Origin: Macrostomum lignano
Lineage: Eukaryota
Direction: 5' to 3'
DNA length: 53,940 bases
Assembly (NCBI GenBank): GCA_002269645.1
Contig: NIVC01004232.1
Span: 1-53,940 of the forward strand
Under the pieces are notes generated by a model. That model had not been told where the DNA came from. It did not search any database and saw only the letters and a program-made list of their open reading frames with translations. Shown piece by piece: positions 12,715 to 25,604 of the stretch. Each line of letters starts with the position of its first letter. The first letter of the stretch is position 1. A program made the position numbers and the translations under genes.

Positions 12715-13210
12715 CTTTCTATCTGGAGGATGCTTGCTGTCAGGGGGATGCTTGCTGTCTGGGGGATGCTTGCTATCTGGGGGATGCCCACTGTCTGGGG
12801 ATGCTTGCTGTCAGGGGGATGCTTGCTGTCTAGGAGATGATTGCTTTCTGGGTGATGCTTGCTGTCTGGGGGATGCTTGCTGTTAGGGGGATGCTTGCTG
12901 CTATCTGGGGATGCTTGCTATCAAGGGGATGCTTGCTGTCTGGGAGATGCTTGCTGCTATCTAGGGGATACTTGCTGCTATCTGGGGGATGCTTGCTGTC
13001 TAGGGGATGCTTGCTACATTATATCATTACATTCTTTCTTTGCTCTGCTGTCTGGGGGGAGCAATGCTGTTTGGAGGATGCTTGCTATCTAGCTCTGGGG
13101 GATTGCTTGCTATCTAGGGGATGCTTGCTGTCTGGGTGCAAAGAGATTCGGGGGATTACAGGGGATGCTTGCTGTCTAGGGATGCTTGCTATCTGAGGGA
13201 TTGCTTGCTA
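12715..13210 (+). repeat. 18-bp minisatellite (unit 0)
   Basis: gatgcttgctatctgggg repeats. Confidence 0.9.
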
Positions 13211-13852
13211 CATTAAATAATTACATTCTTTCTTTGCTCCCCAATGGGGGACATACATTGCATAACAAACATCTTTGTCCCTGACAATTTTACTTGAATC
13301 CATTCCATATACTAAAAATGGTCTGTCGGTATGTGTGTGTGTGTATGTGTGTGTGTGTGATCGATTTTAGCAAAAACGGCTCAACCGATTTTCTTCGAAC
13401 TTGCACTGTTCGATCAGAAATTTTCCCGTGACAGTACATGCATCGTGGCTAAGAAATTGCTTGATGCTAAAGGGATTAAATATTCGAAAAACATGCTTTT
13501 TTGCAAAGGTCAAGCAGCTCTTTCGACTTGAAATGCATCGTAAGAATGCTAGCAGAAAAACTGACTGGTTGAATTCTGATTCTGAAATAGATTGCATCAC
13601 AATACACTTTATTTATCGTCTGTGTACTGGCTGAATTTGACACTCAATTGAATTGCGTCACAGCTTTGAGTGTGAAAGCATAGCGCAGTACTGAATTTAT
13701 ATTACGTAACCATATTGTAAACTTTCATAGACACTGGTACTGACTTGCCTAAGAAATTGATTATGTCATAACTGCTTCGTGAGACTTTTTACTCTACCTG
13801 ACTTGGTGTGAGTGTTGAATTATATAAGTGGTACAACATCACTGATAACTTC

Positions 13853-13950
13853 GATGAGAGCTAGCCTAGAGCTGAACAGACCAGACTGCTAATGCAGCGA
13901 CCTAGGTTCGAATCTAAGTAGTTTAAAAGTAGTAGTGTAAATTTTTTTAT
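13853..13950 (+). other. tRNA(Ser)-like Pol III module, degenerate (unit 1; homologues at about 17700, 21390, 25470)
   Basis: A-box-like tagcctagagc, anticodon-loop-like gactgctaat (GCT), B-box ggttcgaatc, downstream T7 run. Not a complete cloverleaf. Confidence 0.55.
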
Positions 13951-13984
13951 TAAAAGGTTTTATTAAAGGACTAAATAAAAACAC

Positions 13985-16465
13985 TTAGATTACTGCACTC
14001 GATAAGCCAAGGATTATTGCTATTAATAAACCAAGGACTACTGCACTCGATAAACCAAGGACTATTGCTCTTGGCAAACCAAGGATTACTGCACTCAAGA
14101 AGCCAAGGATTATTGCTATTAATAAACCAAGGATTACTGCACTTGGAAAACCAAGGATTACTGCACTCGATAAACCAAGGACTATTGCTCTTGGCAAACC
14201 AAGGATTACTGCACTCAGGAAGCCAAGGATTATTGCACTTGGAAAACCAAGGATTACTGCACTCGATAAACCAAGGACTATTGCTCTTGGCAAACCAAGG
14301 ATTACTGCACTCAAGAAGCCAAGGATTATTGCTATTAATAAACCAAGGATTACTGCACTTGGAAAACCAAGGATTACTGCACTCGATAAACCAAGGACTA
14401 TTGCTCTTGGCAAACCAAGGATTACTGCACTCAAGAAGCCAAGGATTATTGCACTTGGAAAACCAAGGATTACTGCACTCGATAAACCAAGGACTATTGC
14501 ACTTGATAAACCAAGGAATATTGCACTTGATAGGCCAAGGATTACTGCACTTGATAAACCAAGGATTATTGCACTTGATAGGCCAAAGATTACTGCGCTT
14601 GATAAACCAAGGATTATTGCACTTGATAAACCAAGGATTATTGCACTTGATAAGCCAAGGATTACTGCGCTTGATAAACCAAGGATTATTGCACTTGATA
14701 AACAAAGGATTATTGCACTTGATAAACAAAGGATTATTGCACTTGATAAACAAAGGATTATTGCACTTGATAAACCAAGGATTATTGCACTTGATAAGCC
14801 AAGGATTATTGCACTTGATAAGCCATGGATTATTGCACTTGATAGTAAAGAATGTTGCACTTGATAAGCCAAGGATTAATGCACTGGATTATTCAAGGAT
14901 TATTGATATTAATAAACCAAGGACTACTCCACTCGATAAACCAAGGATTATTGCTCTTAATAAACCAAGGATTACTGCACTTGGAAAACTAAGGATTACT
15001 GCACTCGATAAACCAAAGACTATTGCACTTGATAAACCAAGGATTATTGCACTTGATAGGCCAAGGATTACTGCACTTGATAAACCAAGGATTATTGCAC
15101 TTGATAGGCCAAAAATTACTGCGCTTGATAAACCAAGGATTATTGCACTTGATAAACCAAGGATTATTGCACTTGATAAGCCAAGGATTATTGCACTTGA
15201 TAAACCAATGATTATTGCAGTTGATAAGCCAAGGATTATTGCATCTGATAAACCAAAGATTATTGCACTTGATAAACCAAGGATTATTGCACTTGATAAA
15301 CAAAGGATTATTGCACTTGATAGGCCAAAGATTACTGCGCTTGATAAACCAAGGATTATTGCACTTGATAAACCAAGGATTATTGCACTTGATAAGCCAA
15401 GGATTATTGCACTTGATAAACCAAGGATTATTGCAGTTGATAAGCCAAGGATTATTGCATCTGATAAACCAAGGATTATTGCACTTGATAAACCAAGGAT
15501 TATTGCACTTGATAAACCAAGGATTATTGCACTTGATAAACCAAGGATTATTGCTCTTGGCAAACCAAGGATTACTGCACTCGATAAGCCAAGGATTATT
15601 GCTCTTAATAAACCAAGGATTACTGCACTTGGAAAACTAAGGATTACTGCACTCGATAAACTAAGGATTATTGCTCTTGGCAAACCAAGGATTATTGCAC
15701 TTGATAGGCCAAGGATTACTGCACTTGATAAACCAAGGATTATTGCACTTGATAAACCAAGGATTATTGCACTTGATAAGCCAAGGATTATTGCACTTGA
15801 TAGGCCAAGGATTACTGCGCTTGATAAACCAAGGATTATTGCACTTGATAAACCAAGGATTATTGCAGTTGATAAGCCAAGGATTATTGCACTTGATAAA
15901 CCAAGGATTATTACACTTGATAAACCAAGGATTATTGCACTTGATAAACCAAGGATTATTGCACTTGATAGGCCAAGGATTACTGCACTTGATAAACCAA
16001 GGATTATTGCACTTGATAGGCCAAAGATTACTGCGCTTGATAAACCAAGGATTATTGCAGTTGATAAGCCAAGGATTATTGCACTTGATAAACCAAGGAT
16101 TATTTCACTTGATAAACCAAGGATTATTGCACTTGATAAACAAATATTGCACTTGATAAACCAAGGATTATTGCACCTGATAAGCCAAGGATTACTGCGC
16201 TAGATAAACCAAGGATTATTGCACTTAATAAACCAAGGATTATTGCACTTAATAAACCAAGGATTATTGCACTTGATAAACCAAGGATTATTGCACTTGA
16301 TAAACAAAGGATTATTGCACTTGATAAACCAAGGATTATTGCACTTTATAAGCCAAAGATTACTGCACTTGATAAACCAAGGATTATTGCACTTGATAAA
16401 CCAAGGATTATTGCACTTGATTAATCAAGGATTATTGCTATTAATAAACCAAGGATTATTGCACT
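13985..16465 (+). repeat. 24-bp satellite (unit 1)
   Basis: About 100 copies of ccaaggattattgcacttgataaa. Confidence 0.97.
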
Positions 16466-16589
16466 AGCTGAGAAGCTGATTACTGCGCTGTCTAAAAAAG
16501 AGATTATTGCGCTCGCTGAGACGTGAATTGTTGCACAACCTGAGAAAGCGATTATTGCATTAGCGGAAGTAACATTTGCACTAGCTACT

Positions 16590-16990
16590 TGCTGTCTCGT
16601 GGATGCTTGCTCTCGAGGGGGGATACTTGCTATTTGGGAGAGGGGGTACTGGCTACATGCATGGGATTCTTTCTATCCAGGGATGCTTGCTATTCAGGGA
16701 TTCTTGCTATCTGCAGGATGCTTGCTATTTAGGGATTCTTGCTATCTGCAGGATGCTTGCTATCTGGGTGGATGCTTCTATAATATCTGGGGGGTGCTTG
16801 CTATCTGCAGAATGCTTCTATAATATCTGGGGGTGCTTGCTATCTGCAGAATGCTTGCTATCTGGGTGGATGCTTCTGGGGGGTGCTTGCTAATCTGCAG
16901 ATGCTTGCTATCTGTGGTGATTCTTGCTATGAGCATTAGAGGATGCTTGCTATCTGCGATTGTTCACTTTTGGAGGGGGTTGCTTGCTGT
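16590..16990 (+). repeat. 18-bp minisatellite (unit 1)
   Basis: Same family as 12715-13210. Confidence 0.88.
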
Positions 16991-17821
16991 CTTGGGAATA
17001 TTTTCTATTTAGGGAAACGATATTTTGTTGACTGTTTGTTAATTTTAGAGAAAAAGTGATTTTTTAATTTTGCAAACATCTTAGTCCGTGACAATTTTAC
17101 ACGAATAAGGTGATTTTTAAAATGTGAAGAAGGAATTAGTGTTTAAGAAAATGTGTTTTTTTATTGTTTTCCATGAACTATTTTTGCTCCTTTCTTATTG
17201 GGCGCCCCGAAGGGGGGCCGCACTAGATTGCTATCTGTATGTATGTATGTATGTATGTATATGGGTATGCGATTGATTTCAGAAAAAACGGCTCAACCGA
17301 TTTTCTTCAAACTTGCACCATTTGATCAGAAATTTTCCTGGGACGGTACATGCATCTTGGCTAAGAAATTGCTCAATTTTAAAGGGATTAAATATTCGAA
17401 AAACATGCTTTCTTGCAAAGGTCAAGCAAAATTTCGACTTGAAATGCATTGTAAGAATGCTAGAGAAAAAGCTGACTGGCTGAATTCTGATTGTGATAAA
17501 GATTGCATCACAACAAGTTGAAAACAGTGCCGAAGAAATGCACACACGACTTGATTTAAATTGCGTAACCAATATTGCTAACTCAAATTGAGACTGATAC
17601 TGGCTGACTGAGAAATTGATTATGTCATAACTTTTTACTTCAATTGACTTGCAGTAAGAATTGAATTATAAGGGCCACAATTCATGTTCTCCAATTGAAA
17701 AGAGATAGCCAAGATGCGAACAGAATGGAATGCTAATGTAGCGACCTGGGTTCGAATCTTAGTAGTGCAAAAGGATTTTTTTATCAAAACACCTTAAAAA
17801 CACAACAAAACTGCTAAACAT

Positions 17822-20400
17822 AATAGAAGCGCAATGTCAAACATAGAAGAGCCACCATGTCAAACATAGAAGAGCCACTATGTCAAACCTAAACAAGCCA
17901 CCACGTCTAACATTTAAGAGCCACCATGTCAAACATTTAGGAGCCACCATGTCAAACATTTAAGAGCCACCATCTCAAACATAAAAGAGCCACCATGTAA
18001 AACATAAAAGAGCCACCATGTCAGACATTAAAAGCCACCGTGTCAAACATAAAAGAGCCACCAGGTTAAACATTAAAAGCCACCGTGTCAAACATAAAAG
18101 AGCCACCAGGTTAAACATTAAAGAGCCACCATGTCAAACAATAAAGAGCCACCATGTTGAACATAAAAGAGCTACCATGTCAAACATTTAAGAGCTACCA
18201 TGTCAAACATTTAAGAGCTACCATGTCAAACATTTAAGAGCCACCATGTCAAACATTTAAGAGCCACCAAGTCAAACATTTAAGAGCCACCATGTCAAAC
18301 ATTTAAGAGCCACCATGTCAAACATATATGTGATTTTATGTCAAACTTTAAAGAGCCACTATTTCGAACATTAAATAGCAACTTTGTCAAACATTAGAGA
18401 GCCGCCGTGTCAAACATAAAAGAGCCACCAGGTTAAACATTAAAGAGCCACCATGTCAAACAATAAAGAGCCACCATGTCAAACATAGAAGAGCCACCAT
18501 GTCAAACATAAAAGAGCCACCATGTCAGACATTAAAAAGCCACCGTATCAAACATAAAAGAGTTACCATGTAGAACATTAAAGAGCCACCATTTCAAACA
18601 TTAAAGAGCCACCATTTCAAACATAAAAGAGCCACCATTTCAAACATTAAAGAGCCACCATGTCGAACATAAAAGAGCCACCATGTCAAACATAAAAGAG
18701 CCACCATTTCAAACATTAAAAAGCCACCATGTCGAACATAAAACAGCCACCATGTAGAATATTAAAGAGCCACCATGAAGAACATTAAAGAGCCACCATG
18801 AAGAACATTAAAGAGCCACCATGTCAAACATTTAAGAGCCACCATAAAGAACATTTAAGAGCCACCATGTCAAACATTTAAGAGCCACCATAAAGAACAT
18901 TTAAGAGCCACCATGTCAAACATTTAAGAGCCACCATGTCAAACATTTAAGAGCCACCATGTCAAACATATATGTGACTTTATGTCAAACTTTAAAGAGC
19001 CACTATTTCAAACATTAAATAACCACTTTGTCAAACATTAGAGAGCCGCTGTGTCAAACATCAAAGAGCCACCAGGTTAAACATTAAAGAGCCACCATGT
19101 CAAACAATAAAGAGCCACCATGTCAAACATATATGTGACTTTATGTCAAACTTTAAAGAGCCACTATTTCGAACATTAAATAGCCACTTTGTTAAACATT
19201 AGAGAGCCGCCGTGTCAAACATAAAAGAGCCACCATGTCAAACAATAAAGAGCCACCATTTCAAACAAAGAAGAGCCACCATGTCAAACATAAAAGAGCC
19301 ACCATGTCAGACATTAAAAAGCCACCGTATCAAACATAAAAGAGTTGCCATGTAGAACATTAAAGAGCCACCATTTCAAACAGTAAAGAGCCACCATGTC
19401 AAACATAAAAGAGCCACCATTTCAAACATAAAAGAGCCACCATTTCAAACATTAAAAAGCCACCATGTCGAACATAAAACAGCCACCATGTAGAATATTA
19501 AAGAGCCACCATGAAGAACATTAAAGAGCCACCATGTCAAACATTAAAGAGCCACCATGTCAAACATTTAAGAGCCACCATGAAGAACATTTAAGAGCCA
19601 CCAAGTCAAACATTTAAGAGCCACCATGTCAAACATTTAAGAGCCACCATGTCAAACATATATGTGACTTTATGTCAAACTTTAAAGAGCCACTATTTCG
19701 AACATTAAATAACCACTTTGTCAAACATTAGAGAGCCGCCGTGTCAAACAGTAAAGAGCCACCATGTCAAACGTAAAAGAGCCACCATGTAGAATATTAA
19801 AGAGCCACCATGAAGAACATTAAACAGCCACCATATCAAACATTTAAGAGACACCAGGTTAAATATTAAAGAGCCACCATGTCAAACAATAAAGAGCCAC
19901 CATGTCAAACATATATGTGACTTTATGTCAAACTTTAAAGAGCCACTATTTCGAACATTAAATAGCCACTTTGTTAAACATTAGAGAGCCGCCGTGTCAA
20001 ACATAAAAGAGCCACCAGGTTAAACATTAAAGAGCCACCATGTCAAACAATAAAGAGCCACCATTTCAAACAAAGAAGAGCCACCATGTCAAACATAAAA
20101 GAGCCACCATTTCGAACATTAAAGAGCCACCATTTCAAACAGTAAAGAGCCACCATGTCAAACATAAAAGAGCGACCATGTCAAACATTAAAAAGCCACT
20201 TTGTCTAACATTAAAGAGCCACCATGTCAAACATAAAAGAGCCACCATGTCAAACATAAAAGAGCCACCATGTCAAACAATAAAAAGCCACTTTGTCTAA
20301 CATTAAAGAGCCACCATGTCAACTTAAAAGAGCCACCATGTCATCATAAAAGAGCCACCATGTCAAACAATAAAGAGCCACCGTGTCAAACATAAAAGAT
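17822..20400 (+). repeat. 22-bp satellite (unit 2) with a recurring variant block
   Basis: aaagagccaccatgtcaaacat repeats; variant block catatatgtgactttatg recurs near 18320, 18965, 19125, 19655, 19910. Confidence 0.97.
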
Positions 20401-20479
20401 ACACAATTTCCAACGTAAAAGTAAGCGAATTTTAAAGGAGCCACTATAATGCTAAGGAAATTGTCGCACTAGCTACTTA

Positions 20480-20760
20480 TTGTCTGGTGGATGCTTGCTA
20501 TTTGGGGATGCTATCTATCTGGGGGATGCTTGCTCTCTGGAAGATGCTTGCTATCTGGGGGATGCTTGCTATCTGGGGGATGCTTGCTATCTGGGGGAAG
20601 CTTGCTATCTTGGGGATGCTTGCTATCTGGGGGATGCTGGCTATCTGGGGGATGCTTGCTATCTGGGGGAAGCTTGCTATCTTGGGGATGCTTGCTATCT
20701 GGGGGATGCTAGCTATCTGGGGGATGCTTGCTATCTGGGGGATGCTTGCTGTCTTGGGAT
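20480..20760 (+). repeat. 18-bp minisatellite (unit 2)
   Basis: Homogeneous gatgcttgctatctgggg. Confidence 0.92.
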
Positions 20761-21524
20761 GATTTCTTTTTGCATTGCACTTCATTTAAGTATTTTGTCT
20801 GTTTTCTTTGTGATTGTGAATGCTTTATTTGGCTATCTTTTTGTTACTTGTAGAGAGCAGAGATTCTATACAGATGTCCCCCAACGGGGGGCGAATATTG
20901 CTAGTCATATCCAATATACTAAAAATGGTCTGTCTGTGTCTATGTGATCGATTAGAGAAAAAATGGCTGGACCGATTTTGTTCGAACTTGCACTGTTCGA
21001 TCAGAAATTTTCCCGTGACGGTACATGCATCGTGGCTAAGAAATTGCTCGATGCTAAAGGCATTAAATATTCGAAAAACATGCTTTTTTGCAAAGGTCAA
21101 GCAAACTTTTCGACTTGAAATGCATTGTAAGAATGCTAGAGAAAAAACTGACTGGTTGAATTCTGATTCTGAAATGATTGCATCATAACTGAATTGTAAC
21201 TCCGACTTGAATTGAAAATGCAGTGTGAAGCGTAGCACCAGACTTGATTTAAATTGCGTAACCATATTGTTAACTGATACTGACTGACTGAGAAACTGAT
21301 TATGTCATAACTGCTTCGTGTGATTTACTCTATGCTTGGATTTTAAAGTGTTGAATTATATAAGTGCAAAATTTGATGTTATCAAAACGATGAGAGCTAG
21401 CCTAGAGGTGTACAAACTGAACTGCTAAATGCAGTTTGGTTCAAATTGGTTCGAATTTTCATAGAGTATAATTTTTTTAATTAAAGCTTTTCAACGTCAG
21501 GAAAACTAAAAGACTTTTTAAAAA

Positions 21525-23800
21525 GAAGCGTCATATAAAAATCATAGAAGCGTCATGTAAAAAATCATAGAAGCGTCATTTAAAAAATCATAGAAGCGTC
21601 ATATAAAAATCATAGATGCGTCATTTAAAAAATCATAGAAGCGTCATGTAAGCAATCATAGAAGCGTCATGTAAACAATCATAGAAGCGTCATGTAAAAA
21701 ATCATAGAAGCGTCATGTAAACAATCGTAGAAGCGTCAATTAAAAATCATAGATGCGTCATTTAAAAATACATAGAAGCGTCATGTAAAAAATCATAGAA
21801 GCGTCATGTAAAAAATCATAGAAGCGTCATGTAAACAATCATAGAAGCGTCATTTAAAAATCATAGAAGCGTCATTTAAAAAATCATAGAAGCGTCATAT
21901 AAAAATCATAGATGCGTCACTTAAAAAATCATAGAAGCGTCATACAAAAATCATAGAAGCGTCATTTAAAAAATCATAGAAGCGTCATGTAAACAATCAT
22001 AGAAGCGTCATGTAAACAATCATAGAAGCGTCATGTAAACAATCATAGAAGCGTCATGTAAACAATCATAGAAGCGTCATAAAAAATCATAGAAGCGTCA
22101 TTTAAAAAATCATAGAAGCGTCATTTAAAAAATCATAGAAGCGTCATGTAAACAATCATAGAAGCGTCATGTAAACAATCATAGAAGCGTAATGTAAAAA
22201 ATCATAGAAGCGTCATGTAAACAATCGTAGAAGCGTCATGTAAACAATCATAGAAGCGTCATGTAAACAATCATAGAAGCGTCATGTAAAAAATCATAGA
22301 AGCGTCATGTAAAAAATCATAGAAGCGTCATGTAAGCAATCATAGAAGCGTCATTTAAAAATCATAGAAGCGTCATTTAAAAAATCATAGAAGCGTCATA
22401 TAAAAATCATAGATGCGTCACTTAAAAAATCATAGAAGCGTCATACAAAAATCATAGAAGCGTCATTTAAAAAATCATAGAAGCGTCATGTAAACAATCA
22501 TAGAAGCGTCATGTAAACAATCATAGAAGCGTCATGTAAACAATCATAGAAGCGTCATGTAAACAATCATAGAAGCGTCATACAAAAATCATAGAAGCGT
22601 CATTTAAAAAATCATAGAAGCGTCATTTAAAAAATCATAGAAGCGTCATGTAAACAATCATAGAAGCGTCATGTAAACAATCATAGAAGCGTCATGTAAA
22701 AAATCATAGAAGCGTCATGTAAACAATCGTAGAAGCGTCATGTAAACAATCATAGAAGCGTCATGTAAACAATCATAGAAGCTTCATGTAAAAAATCATA
22801 GAAGCGTCATGCAAACAATCATAGAAGCGTCATGTAAACAATCATAGAAGCGTCATGTAAACAATCATAGAAGCGTCATGTAAAAAATCATAGAAGCGTC
22901 ATGTAAACAATCGTAAAAGCGTCAATTAAAAATCATAGATGTGTCATGTAAACAATCATAGAAGCGTCATGTAAACAATCATAGAAGCGTCATGTAAACA
23001 ATCATAGAAGCTTCATGTAAACAATCATAGAAGCGTCATGTAAAAATCATAGAAGCGTCAAGAAAAAAATCATAGAAGCCTCATTTAAAAAATCATAGAA
23101 GCGTCATGTAAAAAATCATAGAAGCGTCATGTAAACAATCATAGAAGGGTCATTTAAAAATCATAGAAGCGTCATGTAAAAAATCATAGAAGCGTCATGT
23201 AAACAATCATAGAAGCTTCATGTAAAAAATCATAGAAGCGTCATGTAAACAATCATAGAAGCGTCATGTAAACAATCATAGAAGCGTCATGTAAACAATC
23301 ATAGAAGCGTCATGTAAACAATCATAGAAGCGTCATGTAAACAATCATAGAAGCGCCATGTAAACAATCATAGAAGCGTCATGTAAAAAATCATAGAAGC
23401 GTCATGTAAACAATCATAGAAGCGTCATGTAAACAATCATAGAAGCTTCATGTAAAAAATCATAGAAGCGTCATGTAAACAATCATAGAAGCGTCATGTA
23501 AACAATCATAGAAGCGTCATGTAAACAATCATAGAAGCGTCATGTAAACAATCATAGAAGCGCCATGTAAACAATCATAGAAGCGTCATGTAAAAAATCA
23601 TAGAAGCGTCATGTAAAAAATCATAGAAGCGTCATGTAAACAATCATAGAAGCGTCATGTAAACAATCATAGAAGCGTCATGTAAACAATCATAAAAGCG
23701 TCATGTAAACAATCATAGAAGCTTCATGTAAAAAATCATAGAAGCGTCATGTAAAAATCATAGAAGGGTCAAGAAAAAATCATAGAAGCCTCATTTATAA
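21525..23800 (+). repeat. 23-bp satellite (unit 3)
   Basis: aatcatagaagcgtcatgtaaac repeats. Confidence 0.97.
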
Positions 23801-24702
23801 ACTAATGAAAGTGTCATTTAAAAAATTAAGAAGCGTCACGGTAGAATAAAAGAAGCATCATGTCAGACATGAAGGGTGTCATGTAAAAATTAAATGCAGC
23901 TATAATGCTGTGCTGGGGAGAAAAACTGAGACGTCAAGGCTCTCAGAGAATAACTGAGATTATGGGGGGGGGGGTTTCTGAGATGTCAAAGCAAAAGTCA
24001 GAAGCTACTTCAAAGTTCATGTACTTTACTCAATTTTTTTATTGCATTCTTTGTTGGCTCGCCATGGGGGGGCGCTGATAGAAGAAGAGTCATGTAAAAA
24101 ATAAAAGTAGCACTATGTATACATGAAAGAAAAGTCAGGTCGAAGTTAAAAGATTCATTTGGGAATTGCTACGATGTCAAAGCTTGGTGGAAATCGTTAT
24201 AGTGCTGTGATTCTTAAAGAAGGAATCACTAAAATGTCAAGGCTTAGGGGAGAAGAATTGCTGAGATTTCAAGGCTTTAGGTTGGGTTAAAGTTAGGTTT
24301 AGGTCAGGTGTGGGTTGAGGGTTATATTTTATCGGGTTTCAAGGTTAACAGAATAACAGGGGATTTTTAGATTTCAAGGTTTATGGGGGCTATCGCTGAC
24401 ATGTTAAGGCTTACGGGGGGGATAGCTGAGATGTCAAGGCTCACGGGGGTATAAATGAGATTTCAAGGCTAAAGTCAGAAGCTACATGTAGTTTATTGAA
24501 AACTTTTTATTACATTATTTGATGCCTCCTCAGGGGAGGGATCGCTGATAAAAAAGCGTAATGTAAAAAATAAAAGAAGCTTCATGTCGAAGTAAGAAAT
24601 TCATTTGGGAATCCCTACGATGTCGAGGCTTGCAGGGAATCGCTATAATGCTGTAGTAGTGCTATAATGACTCTTAGAGAGAATTACTGAAATTTCAATG
24701 CT

Positions 24703-24764
24703 TTAGGGTTAGGTTAGGGTTAGGGTTAGGGTTAGGGTTAGGGTTAGGCTAGGGTTAGGGTTAG
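24703..24764 (+). repeat. Interstitial telomeric repeat (TTAGGG)n
   Basis: About 10 TTAGGG or variant units. Confidence 0.92.
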
Positions 24765-25604
24765 AAGGTTGACAGATATTTTTAGATTTCCAAGACTTAT
24801 TGGGGGCATTGCTGAGATGTCAAGGGGGGAAGTTGATATGTTAAAGCTTGTGGGGGGGGGAATTACTGACATGTCAAGGCTTACAAGGTTTGACAGGAGA
24901 TTTTTTAAGATTTCAAGGATACATGTAGCTTATTAAAAAACGTGTATTGCATTTCTTTGGCTCCCCAACGGGGGGCGTAGATTGCTAGTCCAATATACTA
25001 AAAATGAAAATCTTGCTTGCTTGTAATCGATTAGAGAAAAAATGGCTTAACCGATTTTCATGAGACTTGCACTGTTCGATCAGAAATTTTCCCGTGACGG
25101 TACATGCATCGTGGCTAAGAAATTGCTCGATGCTAAAGGCATTAAATATTCGAAAAACATGCTTTTTTGCAAAGGTCAAGCAAACTTTTCGACTTGAAAT
25201 GCATTGTAAGAATGCTAGAGAAAAAACTGACTGGTTGAATTCTGATTCTGAAATAGATTGCATCATAACTGAATTGTAACTCCGACTTGAATTGAAAATG
25301 CAGTGTGGAAGCGTAGCACCAGACTTGATTTAAATTGCGTAACCATATTGTTAACTGATACTGACTGACTGAGAAACTGATTATGTCATAACTGCTTCGT
25401 GTGATTTACTCTATGCTTGGATTTTAAAGTGTTGAATTATATAAGTGAAAAATTTCATGTTATCAAAACGATGAGAGCTAGCCTAGAGGTGAACAAACTG
25501 AAATGCTAAATGCAGTTTGGTTCGAATTGGTTCGAATTTTCATAGAGTATAATTTTTTTAATTAAAGCTTTTCAACGTCAGGAAAACTAAAAGACTTTTT
25601 AAAA

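Noticed and set aside
13853-13920. Functional tRNA-Ser gene
   Set aside because: Acceptor and anticodon stems do not pair and the long variable arm is missing; kept only as a tRNA-like module.
14017-16203. 728-aa ORF (INQGLLHL/DKPRIIAL repeats) and overlapping antisense ORFs
   Set aside because: A 24-bp satellite is open in several frames on both strands; there is no unique domain, and the ORF switches peptide at an indel.
13367-25279. Recurrent 70-146-aa ORFs (MHCSIRNFPV..., MVTQFKSS...)
   Set aside because: They are translations of the repeated Helitron head, differ in frame and length between copies, and lack Rep/helicase motifs.
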